Below the pieces are notes generated by a model. The model ran no database searches. It saw nothing but the letters and a program-made list of their open reading frames with translations, and had not been told where the DNA came from. This document shows, in pieces, positions 34,586-44,085 of a stretch of DNA of 64,000 nt (the first letter of the stretch is position 1; the number at the start of each line of letters is the position of its first letter). This DNA comes from an uncultured Gammaproteobacteria bacterium. GTDB lineage: Bacteria; Patescibacteriota; Patescibacteriia; Patescibacteriales; UBA12075. Made by a program: the position numbers and the translations under genes. Location: assembly GCA_964459725.1 (NCBI GenBank), contig CAYWNT010000001.1, positions 155,529-219,528 of the forward strand, given 5' to 3'.

Positions 34586-35383
34586 ATGAGAAAGTATATA
34601 ACTATAATAAAAACTGAATTTCAGAGGCAACTGACTTATAGGTCTGATATTGCCTCTTTTGTTTTTGGTGATTTTGTTCATTTGTTTGGGTCAGTTGTTT
34701 TGTGGAGCATAATTTATAGTTCTAATGAGGTTGTTCGAGGTTATACTTATCCGGAAATGATGACCTATATTGTTATAGGTTGGATATTTATGTATTTAAC
34801 AGCTAATTATAATTTTGAGAATAAAGTTTCGCATGATATTCATTATGGAAGGCTTACAAATTTCTTAGTTCGTCCAATGAGCTATTTGAGGTATACTACC
34901 ACAGTGGCAAGCGGTCGTGTTGTGGTCGCTTTTTTCTTTATTGTTTTTCAAGCGGTTATTTATGTTCTATTGTTTAAAAAATATTTGATTTTTGATTTCA
35001 ATGTTGAGAAAGTTGTTATTTTATTAATGATGGCTGTTTTAGCTTTTTCGATCAAATTGTTTTTGTCTATTATTACCGGATTGATTTCATTTTGGACTAT
35101 GGAGGTAAGAGGCATTCAGGCTTTTATTGATATTTTTGTTGAATTTCTATCAGGTGCATTTTTCCCAATTATTTTACTTCCTTTAGCGTTCGTAAAGGTT
35201 AGTTATTTTTTCCCATTTATATATACTTTTTTCGTGCCTATTCAATATTATTTGGGAAAAATTAACACAAAAGAAGCAGCGATAGGAATAGGTGTTCAGT
35301 TGATTTGGTTTGTTTTGCTTTATTTAATTATTAAAATTATTTGGTGGCGAGGTCTTAAAAAATATGAAGGTTTTGGAATCTAA
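34586..35383 (+). CDS. ABC-2 family transporter permease
   Basis: Six hydrophobic helices. It is a paralog of the next gene (shared VRGYTYPEMMTY block) and the 3' end overlaps it by 20 nt. Confidence 0.7.
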   Translation: MRKYITIIKTEFQRQLTYRSDIASFVFGDFVHLFGSVVLWSIIYSSNEVVRGYTYPEMMTYIVIGWIFMYLTANYNFENKVSHDIHYGRLTNFLVRPMSYLRYTTTVASGRVVVAFFFIVFQAVIYVLLFKKYLIFDFNVEKVVILLMMAVLAFSIKLFLSIITGLISFWTMEVRGIQAFIDIFVEFLSGAFFPIILLPLAFVKVSYFFPFIYTFFVPIQYYLGKINTKEAAIGIGVQLIWFVLLYLIIKIIWWRGLKKYEGFGI

Positions 35384-36185
35384 AAGTGTAAAAAAAATAT
35401 CAGCAATTATCTCTAGTGAGTTTCAGGCGCAAACTACCCATAGGGCTGATTTTTTATTTTTTAGATTAGCAAATTTATTGGAGTTGTTGGGGTTGATTGT
35501 GATATGGTCAATCATTTATAAGACCAACGATATCGTCAGGGGCTATACTTATCCGGAGATGATGACATATGTTACGATTGGTTGGTTGATGATTTTTTTG
35601 ACAGGTAATTATGGCTTTGAGGCAAAGATTGCTAATCATATTCATGAAGGTACATTAACAAACTACCTATTAAAGCCTATCGATTTTATAAAATATATGA
35701 TTATTTTTTCTTTTGGCAGAACATCGATTGCTTTATTATCTGGATTTTTGTTACAGATTGTAGTGATAGTGTTTATGCTTGATAAAATTATATTGATAGA
35801 TAATTTTATTAATCTTTTTATTATTATTTTGATGGTGTTTTTTGGATATTTTTTAAATCTTTTTCTTTCCATCTTGATAGGCATGATTGCTTTTTGGACT
35901 ACTTATATCAGCGGAGTTAAATACTCCATTAACACAACAATTAAATTTTTATCAGGAAGATATTTTCCAATAAATATGTTGCCTTTGGTTTATTTTAAAA
36001 TTAGTTTATTTTTCCCGTTCGTTTATATATTCTTCATGCCACTTCAGCTGTACCTAGGAAAGATATCTACTGTTGAAGGCCTGAGGGCATTAGGGGTAGA
36101 GATGGTTTGGATGGTTTTACTTTATGGGTTGATTAGGGTAATATGGAAGAAAGGATTGAAGCGTTATGAGGGGGTTGGGATTTAG
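35364..36185 (+). CDS. ABC-2 family transporter permease
   Basis: Paralog of 34586..35383. An ABC ATPase follows. Confidence 0.7.
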   Translation: MKVLESKSVKKISAIISSEFQAQTTHRADFLFFRLANLLELLGLIVIWSIIYKTNDIVRGYTYPEMMTYVTIGWLMIFLTGNYGFEAKIANHIHEGTLTNYLLKPIDFIKYMIIFSFGRTSIALLSGFLLQIVVIVFMLDKIILIDNFINLFIIILMVFFGYFLNLFLSILIGMIAFWTTYISGVKYSINTTIKFLSGRYFPINMLPLVYFKISLFFPFVYIFFMPLQLYLGKISTVEGLRALGVEMVWMVLLYGLIRVIWKKGLKRYEGVGI

Positions 36186-36216
36186 TCAATTACAAATTAC
36201 AAATTAAGAATTATCA

Positions 36217-37194
36217 ATGATTATTGAGGTTAAAAATTTAAATAAAACCTACGACTTTTACAAAAAACAACCCGGCCTTCTAGCTTCCATTAAAGGTCTG
36301 TTTAAACGTGAGAAACTTTTTACTGAAGCTGTAAAAGATATTAATTTTGATATCAAGGAGGGGGAGTTGATCGGATTTCTCGGGCCGAATGGTGCTGGTA
36401 AAACTACCACTCTTAAAATGCTTTCTGGAATACTTCATCCCACCTCGGGAGAGGCTAGTGTTTTAGGTTTTGAGCCGTGGAAAAGGGAGCCTAAATATCA
36501 AAAACAATTTGCGTTAGTGATGGGGCAGAAAAATCAACTTTGGTGGGATTTGCCAGCCATGGAGAGCTTTATTCTTAACAAAGAAATTTATGAAGTATCA
36601 GATGAGGATTTCAAGAAGAATCTAGATGAGTTGGTTGAGCTTCTGGACATCGGAGATATTCTAAATATACAAGTACGAAAACTTTCACTAGGCCAAAGAA
36701 TGAAATGTGAACTTGTGGCGGCGCTTTTGCACGGGCCTAAAGTATTGTTTTTGGATGAGCCGACAATCGGCCTTGATGTTGTGGCTCAAAAAAGTATTAG
36801 AGATTTTCTAAAAAAATATAACCAAGAAAAAAACACAACTATCATACTTACTTCTCACTACATGGAGGACATTAAAGAGCTTTGCGAGAGAGTGGTTATA
36901 ATTGATCATGGGAAAATAATGTACGATGGTAAATTGAAAGCTTTGATAGACAAATATGCTGATCACAAAGAGCTGAAAATCACCTTTAATAACAATGGAG
37001 TTACCCGTGAACAGGTTGAGGGATATGGTCAGATTGATAAATTTGATAAATATAGGGTTGAGATCAAAGTGAAACGCGAAAAAGCAAAAGACATTGCTGC
37101 ACAAATTTTATCATCAGAATTACCGGTTGATGATATCCTGATTGATGAAATAGATATTGACGATATCATTAGAAAAATATTTGCGAATAATTAA
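36217..37194 (+). CDS. ABC transporter ATP-binding protein
   Basis: Walker A GPNGAGKTT, signature LSLGQRM, Walker B LFLDEPT. Confidence 0.9.
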   Translation: MIIEVKNLNKTYDFYKKQPGLLASIKGLFKREKLFTEAVKDINFDIKEGELIGFLGPNGAGKTTTLKMLSGILHPTSGEASVLGFEPWKREPKYQKQFALVMGQKNQLWWDLPAMESFILNKEIYEVSDEDFKKNLDELVELLDIGDILNIQVRKLSLGQRMKCELVAALLHGPKVLFLDEPTIGLDVVAQKSIRDFLKKYNQEKNTTIILTSHYMEDIKELCERVVIIDHGKIMYDGKLKALIDKYADHKELKITFNNNGVTREQVEGYGQIDKFDKYRVEIKVKREKAKDIAAQILSSELPVDDILIDEIDIDDIIRKIFANN

Positions 37195-37199
37195 TTTAT

Positions 37200-37227
37200 G
37201 TTACGCGTTATGAGTTGCGCGTTATGA
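37200..37227. repeat. 14-nt unit x2 (GTTACGCGTTATGA / GTTGCGCGTTATGA), GTTATGA/CACATAAC repeat family
   Basis: The tandem repeat fills the spacer between the ABC ATPase stop and the NUDIX start. Confidence 0.8.
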
Positions 37228-37234
37228 GAAATGT

Positions 37235-37663
37235 ATGACAAAAGAAAAATTGATTCCTCGTGTAGGAATAGGAGTGCTAATTCAAAACGACAAAGGTGAA
37301 GTATTGATGGGGCTTAGGCAAGGCTCTCATGGTGCGGGTGAATGGAGTTTTCCTGGAGGGCATTTGGATTTTGGTGAGACTATTTTTGAAACCGCTAAAC
37401 GTGAGACCAAGGAAGAAGTAGGGTTGGATGTTGAGGAGTTTGAGTTAATATCAGTGGCAGATGAAATGAGGTATATAAAAACGGATAATAAGCATTATTT
37501 AAATATCGGGATAAAAGCGGTATATAATGGAGGGGAGCCAAAATTAATGGAGCCAGAAAAATGTAAAGAATGGAGATGGTTTAGCCTGGAAGATTTGCCA
37601 GAAAGAATATTTGAAGGTACGGAGTTGGTAATTAATAATTTTAAAAAAGGTAAAATATATTAA
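37235..37663 (+). CDS. NUDIX hydrolase
   Basis: Nudix box GGHLDFGETIFETAKRETKEEVGL. Confidence 0.85.
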   Translation: MTKEKLIPRVGIGVLIQNDKGEVLMGLRQGSHGAGEWSFPGGHLDFGETIFETAKRETKEEVGLDVEEFELISVADEMRYIKTDNKHYLNIGIKAVYNGGEPKLMEPEKCKEWRWFSLEDLPERIFEGTELVINNFKKGKIY

Positions 37664-37668
37664 AACAT

Positions 37669-39114
37669 ATGAAATTTGAATTTCAAAATAAGAAAATGAA
37701 TCAAGTTAAGGCTGATCTAGTTTTAGTCTTGGTAATTAATAAAGATTTGAAACATAAGTCAGTTACTGACCTTAAGTTTTTAAAGGAGCAGAATTTTAAA
37801 GGTGGCCCAGAAGAGGTTTGCTTTCTGCCTCATAAAAATAAAATTTATCTAGGAGTAGAGAATCTAGAGCTTGATAACTTGCGTTCAGCTGCTGCTCGAG
37901 TTGTAAGATTTCTAAAGACAAAAAAATATAAATCACTCAAGATGGGACTTTATGGAGAGAATTTCTTAGAGACTACAGAGGCATTAGTTGAAGGATTTTT
38001 GCTTGGTGGTTATAACTTTGATAAATACAAGAGCAAGAAAAAGAAAGCTAGTTTGAGTCGCATCAAGTTTTTCGTAGAGGGAAAGGCGCAAAAAGAAATA
38101 GATATAAAAGAAATGAAAAGAGCAATACAGGAGGGTGAGATTGTTGCCCGGGCAACAAACTATACTCGTGATATGGTGAACACTATTCCAGCTGAAATTA
38201 CTCCGGTTACAATGTCGGAGATCGCCAAGGAGTTAGCAGATAGAAATGGACTTGGTATTAAAGTGCACGGAGAAAAGTATTTAGAAAAAGAAGGAATGGG
38301 GGCATTTCTGGCAGTAAGTAAGGCATCTCCTTATCCTCCACAGTTGATTCATCTAACTTACAAGGCGGAAAATCCGGTAAAGAAAATTACAATTGTTGGA
38401 AAAGGCCTTACTTATGATAGTGGCGGGCTTAGCCTGAAGCCTAGTGACTTCATGCTTACCATGAAATCTGACAAGGGTGGAGCTAGTGCCGTATTGGGTA
38501 TCATGAAAGCAGCTAGTGAGCTGAAGTTGCCGCTTGAAATTCATGGAATCATTGGAGCAGTAGAGAATATGATTGGTCAGCATGCCTATAAACCAGATGA
38601 CGTATTAATTGCAAAAAATAAAAAAACTATTGAAGTAATAAATACAGATGCGGAAGGTAGATTGGTCTTGGCGGATTGCCTTGGTTATGCGCAAGACTTG
38701 AAGCCTGACTATGTTATAGATCTAGCAACGCTTACAGGTGCTTGTGTGATTGCCCTGGGAGAGTATACAGTTGGTATCATGGGGCACAGTGATGAACTCA
38801 AGGGCGACTTTTATGAATCTTCAAAGAGCTCTGGTGAGCTTGCCGAAACTCTTGGCTTCAATAAGCATCTAGCAAAACTAATAACGAGTGAAGTAGCAGA
38901 TATTAGAAATACAGGGAAGTCTAGATATGGTGGTGCTCAAACCGCTGGGCTTTTCTTGAATGAGTTTATAGAAAAGAAGAATAAAGATAAATGGATTCAT
39001 TTAGACATCGCAGGACCTGCTTATGTTCAAAGTCCGTGGGGGGTAAATCCTTATGGCGCTAGTGGAGCTGGAGTAAGACTGGTTACTTCATGGCTTGAAA
39101 AATTGTCTGAATAA
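37669..39114 (+). CDS. pepA: leucyl aminopeptidase (M17)
   Basis: NTDAEGRLVLAD signature, VGKGLTYDSGG. Confidence 0.9.
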   Translation: MKFEFQNKKMNQVKADLVLVLVINKDLKHKSVTDLKFLKEQNFKGGPEEVCFLPHKNKIYLGVENLELDNLRSAAARVVRFLKTKKYKSLKMGLYGENFLETTEALVEGFLLGGYNFDKYKSKKKKASLSRIKFFVEGKAQKEIDIKEMKRAIQEGEIVARATNYTRDMVNTIPAEITPVTMSEIAKELADRNGLGIKVHGEKYLEKEGMGAFLAVSKASPYPPQLIHLTYKAENPVKKITIVGKGLTYDSGGLSLKPSDFMLTMKSDKGGASAVLGIMKAASELKLPLEIHGIIGAVENMIGQHAYKPDDVLIAKNKKTIEVINTDAEGRLVLADCLGYAQDLKPDYVIDLATLTGACVIALGEYTVGIMGHSDELKGDFYESSKSSGELAETLGFNKHLAKLITSEVADIRNTGKSRYGGAQTAGLFLNEFIEKKNKDKWIHLDIAGPAYVQSPWGVNPYGASGAGVRLVTSWLEKLSE

Positions 39115-39167
39115 AATTGTAATATTTTTCTCTTTCGGTTTTTGGTCGTTTATGGTATAATATTATC

Positions 39168-41048
39168 ATGAGCAATTATTTAAAAATAAAGATCAACGAA
39201 TGGATAATAGGCATTCGATGGTTTTATATAGTCGGAATTTCCTTGGTTGTTTTGCTTAGTAATTTATTGCTAGGTTATTACAGGCAAGATTTTTTATATT
39301 TAATTGCTGCGTTTATGTTTTTGGCAGTGATTAATCTCTATTATCACTCAATTTTACATAGAATCAAAAACAAGAAAAGACTAGACAAGCTCCAGATATT
39401 CAGTATTGCTCAGGTTTTAACAGATTTAATAGTATTCATTTTTTTATCCAAGATAATAAGCGTTGGTTTTTTTATAAGCGTTTTGTACATTTTGCCAATA
39501 ATTTTTGTCGCATTTATCTTCGGCACTAGGTGGGCGATAGCAGCAGCTTTTGCCTCCATAATTCTCATAAACGGTTTTGGCGTTTTTCATTATTATAATT
39601 ATCTGACTTATGGAATTTTTTCTGAAAGCTTGCCAGCGGAAAAAGCTGCAGAGCTGAGGAATCTTACTTTTTCCCTTATCGAAACCTTATCAATTTCCGG
39701 AATGTACATTGTTGTTGCTGTTTTTTTCGGGAACATTGTAAATCTGTTTTTACAAAGGGAGGAAGGGTTGATAAAAGAAAGTAAGGAATTAGAAAAAATT
39801 TCAGAATATAGAGAAAATGAATGGAAGCAGCTTGAGAAGACTACCAAGCTGTTAGTTAAAAGAGAGAACGAACTTGATAAAAAGGTCAAAGACCTGGAGA
39901 GGTCGGAGAAGTCGATGATTTCTATTTTTAGAGACCTGAGAGAAGAAAAAGAAAAAACCGTTAGAGAGAAAAACAAAACAGTTGCTATAGTATCCAATTT
40001 TGTAGATCCGATAATCGTAATCAATAGTAAAAACGAAATAGATTTGGTTAATCCTTCTGCCAAGCAAGTGTTTGGCTTAAAGGAGGATGTTTTGGGTAGG
40101 GTTGTGTCAGCAGAAAATAATTATTCAATGGATAATTTCAAGGAATTTATAAGTCATGAGTATAAAGTTGTTAAGGGCAAGGAATTAAAAAACTCCAACT
40201 CGCTAGAGGAAGAAGTGGTGATCGATTTTATGGGACATAACCATACATACAAGGTGATTACAGCAGAGGTAGTGGATAATAAAAATGCGAAAATAGGGAC
40301 AATGAAGATATTTAATAATTTGACCAGAGAGAAAATACTTGATAAATTAAAGTCAGATTTCATATCTATTGCCGCTCATCAGCTAAGAACACCTTTGTCA
40401 GCCATAAAATGGTCAATCAAAATGGTTTTAGATGGTGATTATGGAAAGTTAAATACTGAACAAGAGGGAATGCTGTTTAAGGGCTATAGAAGTAATGAGA
40501 GGATTATTGAGTTGGTAAACGACATGCTTGATGTTTCAAGGATTGAGGAAGGTAGGTTTGGTTATTCTTTTGATGATGCGGATTTCTTGAACGAATTGAA
40601 CTTTGTTATTGATAGTCTATCCCAGAAAATTAAGGAAAAGAATATTAAATTTGTCCTCGAAGCTCCGAAGAAGATTCCAAAGTTATTTATGGATAAGCAA
40701 AAAATGGTTTTGGTGTTGCAGAATTTAGTCGAAAATGCAGTGAAGTACACACCGGATCATGGTAGGGTCAGAGTGAGTGTTGAGAGGGGCAACGAATTTA
40801 TCAAGGTGATAGTAGAGGATAACGGAGTGGGCATACCGATACTAGATCAAGGAAAAATGTTTTCGAAGTTTTTCCGAGCTAGAAATGTGATGCGCATGCA
40901 GACCGAAGGATCAGGATTGGGGCTCTTTATTGTAAAAAATATTATAAAAAAACACGGCGGAGAAATAACCTTTGAGAGTAAAGAGGGAGTAGGCACAAAA
41001 TTTGTGTTTACTTTGCCGCTCAAAAAAGAGAAAATAATAAATAATTAA
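39168..41048 (+). CDS. sensor histidine kinase
   Basis: N-terminal multi-TM region, H-box AAHQLRTPLSAIKW, N-box LVENAVKYTP, G-box GSGLGL. Confidence 0.85.
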   Translation: MSNYLKIKINEWIIGIRWFYIVGISLVVLLSNLLLGYYRQDFLYLIAAFMFLAVINLYYHSILHRIKNKKRLDKLQIFSIAQVLTDLIVFIFLSKIISVGFFISVLYILPIIFVAFIFGTRWAIAAAFASIILINGFGVFHYYNYLTYGIFSESLPAEKAAELRNLTFSLIETLSISGMYIVVAVFFGNIVNLFLQREEGLIKESKELEKISEYRENEWKQLEKTTKLLVKRENELDKKVKDLERSEKSMISIFRDLREEKEKTVREKNKTVAIVSNFVDPIIVINSKNEIDLVNPSAKQVFGLKEDVLGRVVSAENNYSMDNFKEFISHEYKVVKGKELKNSNSLEEEVVIDFMGHNHTYKVITAEVVDNKNAKIGTMKIFNNLTREKILDKLKSDFISIAAHQLRTPLSAIKWSIKMVLDGDYGKLNTEQEGMLFKGYRSNERIIELVNDMLDVSRIEEGRFGYSFDDADFLNELNFVIDSLSQKIKEKNIKFVLEAPKKIPKLFMDKQKMVLVLQNLVENAVKYTPDHGRVRVSVERGNEFIKVIVEDNGVGIPILDQGKMFSKFFRARNVMRMQTEGSGLGLFIVKNIIKKHGGEITFESKEGVGTKFVFTLPLKKEKIINN

Positions 41049-41098
41049 CTTGTTGGATTGCTGGAGGATAAATTCCATAAGTTTAATATTTAAAAAAT

Positions 41099-41902
41099 AT
41101 GTCAAAAAAAAATACGAAAATTTTAATAGTAGAAGATGAGCAGCAGTTAGCAGATGTTCTAACTACGAAATTGAAAAATGAAGGCTATGATGTGAAGTGT
41201 GAATATGATGGTGAGGCAGGACTTAAGACAATTCATAGCTGGAGCCCTGATTTGATCTTGCTCGATATAATGATGCCAAAGGTTGATGGGTATGGCGTAT
41301 TGGAGGATATGAAAAAGAAAGAGCTAGAAATTCCTGTTATTATTATTTCAAATTCTGGACAACCAGTAGAAATAGAGAAGACCAAGCAGTTAGGAGCGGT
41401 TGATCATCTCATTAAGACAGACTTTAGTCCTACAGATGTAATCACTAAAGTGAAGAATCATTTAGAAGGTGACGGCAAAGGAGCTGGCAAAGAAAACATA
41501 GAGCCTGTTGATGGTGAGGGTCGACTGGGCATCAAGGTGCTTCTGGTAGAAGATGATGTTTTTTTGGGAGATATTTGTTCAAAAAAGTTGGTGAAAGAAG
41601 GTTACACTGTGTACAGGGCGATAGATGGAATGCAAGCCCTTGAAGTTGCAAAATCTATAAAGCCGAATATAATTTTATTGGATATTATCTTGCCTGCAAT
41701 TGACGGGTTTCAGATATTGAATGAAATAAGAACTTCAAAAGAAAAGGAGTTGGCAAGCACCCCTATAATCATGCTTTCAAATTTAGGACAAGATGATGAT
41801 ATCAAGAAAGCAAAAGAAATGGGAGCGAATGATTATTTGGTAAAAGCGCATTTTACCACAGAGGAAATTGCCGAGAAAATAAAATCAGTTTTAAATAGAT
41901 AG
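41099..41902 (+). CDS. response regulator with two receiver domains and no output domain
   Basis: Two REC units (ILIVEDE...DLILLDIMMP... and VLLVEDD...NIILLDIILP...) joined by a Gly/Lys linker. Confidence 0.85.
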   Translation: MSKKNTKILIVEDEQQLADVLTTKLKNEGYDVKCEYDGEAGLKTIHSWSPDLILLDIMMPKVDGYGVLEDMKKKELEIPVIIISNSGQPVEIEKTKQLGAVDHLIKTDFSPTDVITKVKNHLEGDGKGAGKENIEPVDGEGRLGIKVLLVEDDVFLGDICSKKLVKEGYTVYRAIDGMQALEVAKSIKPNIILLDIILPAIDGFQILNEIRTSKEKELASTPIIMLSNLGQDDDIKKAKEMGANDYLVKAHFTTEEIAEKIKSVLNR

Positions 41903-41987
41903 TATAAAACACTCTACAATAAATAGTATAAAAGCTCCATTTGGGGCTTTTATTGATTTATTGGGTAATTAATAGTAAGGTATTATC

Positions 41988-43349
41988 ATGACTACAGAAA
42001 AGAAGCAAAATAAAATAGAACTACTAGCTCCAGCAGGCAATCTGGAGAAGATGAAAACAGCTTTGGCCTTTGGGGCGGATGCTGTGTATGTTGGTATTCC
42101 TGATTTTTCTCTGCGAGTGCGGATTAATGATTTTGATATAGAGAAAATAAAAGAAGCGACAAAATATTGCCATGAGAAGGGTAAAAAAATATATGTAACA
42201 ATAAATATATTTGCTCATAATCGTCACATTGAAAAACTTCCAGCATACATTGAGGAGTTGAAAAAAATTGGAGTGGACGCTCTTATTATTTCTGACCCTG
42301 GTGTGATTGATGTTGTTAAAGAAGTTTGGCCAGAGGCGGCAATCCACCTCTCAACTCAGGCTAATGCCACGAATTGGAGGAGTGTTAAATTTTGGCATAG
42401 CCAGGGCGTTGAGAGAGTAATACTTGGCAGAGAAACAACTCTTGAAGAGATAAAAGAGATTCATGAGCGTGTTCCTGAAGTAGAGCTTGAAACTTTTGTG
42501 CATGGAGCAATGTGCATGGCCTATTCTGGTAGGTGTTTCTTGTCTAAGCATTTTGTAGATAGGTCTGGTAATCTGGGGGATTGTGTTCAGCCGTGTAGAT
42601 GGCGGTATAATTCTAGAAAACAGACGACAGACGACAGACGACAGGATGAGAGATTTTTTATAACTGAAGAAAGTCGTCCTGATCAGCCTTTGGAGATTGT
42701 TGAGGAGGAGCATGGGTCTTATATTTTGAATTCTAAAGATCTTAATTTACTTAAACATGTAAAAGAATTGGTTGATGCTGGTGTGGTTAGTTTGAAAATT
42801 GAGGGGCGTGCTAAGAGTGTTTATTATCAGGCAGTTGTTAATGGAATATACTCACACATAACATCCTCCTATTGCACGGCGGACAGGCATAACTCACAAC
42901 CCATAACACAAAAAGAGATTAATTATTTATATGAGGAGCTTGAAAACAAGATTACGCATAGGGGGTATACTACTGGGTTTATTCTTGGGGAGAGGGCTGA
43001 TCAGGATGTTGAAAATACACATAAGGTTATTGATTGGGAGTTTTGTGGGGTCGTCGTTGACGACGAGTCAAAAGTCCAGCCCCGTCATTCGACAGGGCAA
43101 GAGTCTATAAAGTCCAAAGTGCTTAATAATCAGATTTTAGTGAAGGTTCATAATGTTATTAAGCGAGGGGATGAGGTGGAGATTGTTGTGCCAAAATATG
43201 ATATAATAAAGATGAAGGTTGATAAGATGTATGAATTAAATGGAGAAGAAATAGATGAGGCGCATGGAGGGCAGGAGAAGATGGTTTTGCTTGAAGTAGA
43301 CGTTGATAGGGAAGTTCCTGAATATTCTGTTTTGAGACGCAAATTGTAA
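41988..43349 (+). CDS. peptidase U32 family protein
   Basis: LLAPAGN, ETFVHGAMCMAYSGRCFLS, LKIEGRAKS. Confidence 0.85.
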   Translation: MTTEKKQNKIELLAPAGNLEKMKTALAFGADAVYVGIPDFSLRVRINDFDIEKIKEATKYCHEKGKKIYVTINIFAHNRHIEKLPAYIEELKKIGVDALIISDPGVIDVVKEVWPEAAIHLSTQANATNWRSVKFWHSQGVERVILGRETTLEEIKEIHERVPEVELETFVHGAMCMAYSGRCFLSKHFVDRSGNLGDCVQPCRWRYNSRKQTTDDRRQDERFFITEESRPDQPLEIVEEEHGSYILNSKDLNLLKHVKELVDAGVVSLKIEGRAKSVYYQAVVNGIYSHITSSYCTADRHNSQPITQKEINYLYEELENKITHRGYTTGFILGERADQDVENTHKVIDWEFCGVVVDDESKVQPRHSTGQESIKSKVLNNQILVKVHNVIKRGDEVEIVVPKYDIIKMKVDKMYELNGEEIDEAHGGQEKMVLLEVDVDREVPEYSVLRRKL

Positions 43350-43355
43350 TAAATT

Positions 43356-43447
43356 CACATAACATGTAACACATAACATGCAACAAAATTCAAAAAGCGA
43401 AGCTTTTTGATGGTCATTGTTATGAGTTATGTGTTATGAGTTATGTG
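43356..43447. repeat. long composite inverted repeat: CACATAAC-type 14-mer arms around a CAAAAAGC-GAA-GCTTTTTG hairpin
   Basis: Left arm 43356..43384, core 43391..43409, right arm 43415..43447. The arms are imperfect reverse complements. Confidence 0.85.
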
Positions 43448-43451
43448 TAAA

Positions 43452-44030
43452 ATGATTTCATTTCTTAGAGGGAAAATATTAAATAAAAGTCTTAACTATA
43501 TTATAATCGATGTAAACGATATTGGTTATAAGGTTTTTGTGAATTCTTCAACCATTTCAAGCGTTCACGAGGGAGAAGAGACCGAGCTTTATATTTATCA
43601 GCATGTAAAGGAGGATATTTTAGCGCTTTATGGTTTTAATGACCTAGAAGAGCTAGAGCTCTTTGAAATGCTGTTATCTATCTCCGGAGTTGGACCGAAG
43701 TCAGCTATCGGAGTACTTACTGTCGCTGACGCTAGCGAGATTAAGAATTCTATAAGCTCTGGTGACTCATCTCTCCTTGAGAAGGTTTCAGGCATAGGCA
43801 AAAAAACAGCAGAGAGGGTAGTGCTGGAGTTGCAAGATAAAGTTGGTAAGATGACAAGCGGAAAACCAACTACAACAGGAGAAGGAAAAGTTTCTGCTGT
43901 AAGTGATGAAATTGATGCTTTGATTGCGCTTGGTTATTCAATGCAGCAAGCTCGCGAGGCATTAAGAAAAGTGGATCCAGATATTAAAGATTCAGGAGAA
44001 AGAATAAAAGAAGCTTTGAAAAATATATAA
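43452..44030 (+). CDS. ruvA: Holliday junction DNA helicase RuvA
   Basis: MISFLRGKI...GYKVFV...LISISGVGPKSA...VSGIGKKTAERV. The start is moved to ATG 43452 because 43443 lies inside the repeat arm. Confidence 0.9.
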   Translation: MISFLRGKILNKSLNYIIIDVNDIGYKVFVNSSTISSVHEGEETELYIYQHVKEDILALYGFNDLEELELFEMLLSISGVGPKSAIGVLTVADASEIKNSISSGDSSLLEKVSGIGKKTAERVVLELQDKVGKMTSGKPTTTGEGKVSAVSDEIDALIALGYSMQQAREALRKVDPDIKDSGERIKEALKNI

Positions 44031-44085
44031 TGAAGAAAATATTTTATTTTACGTATTACTTATTATAGGGCAGTAGAATATTATT

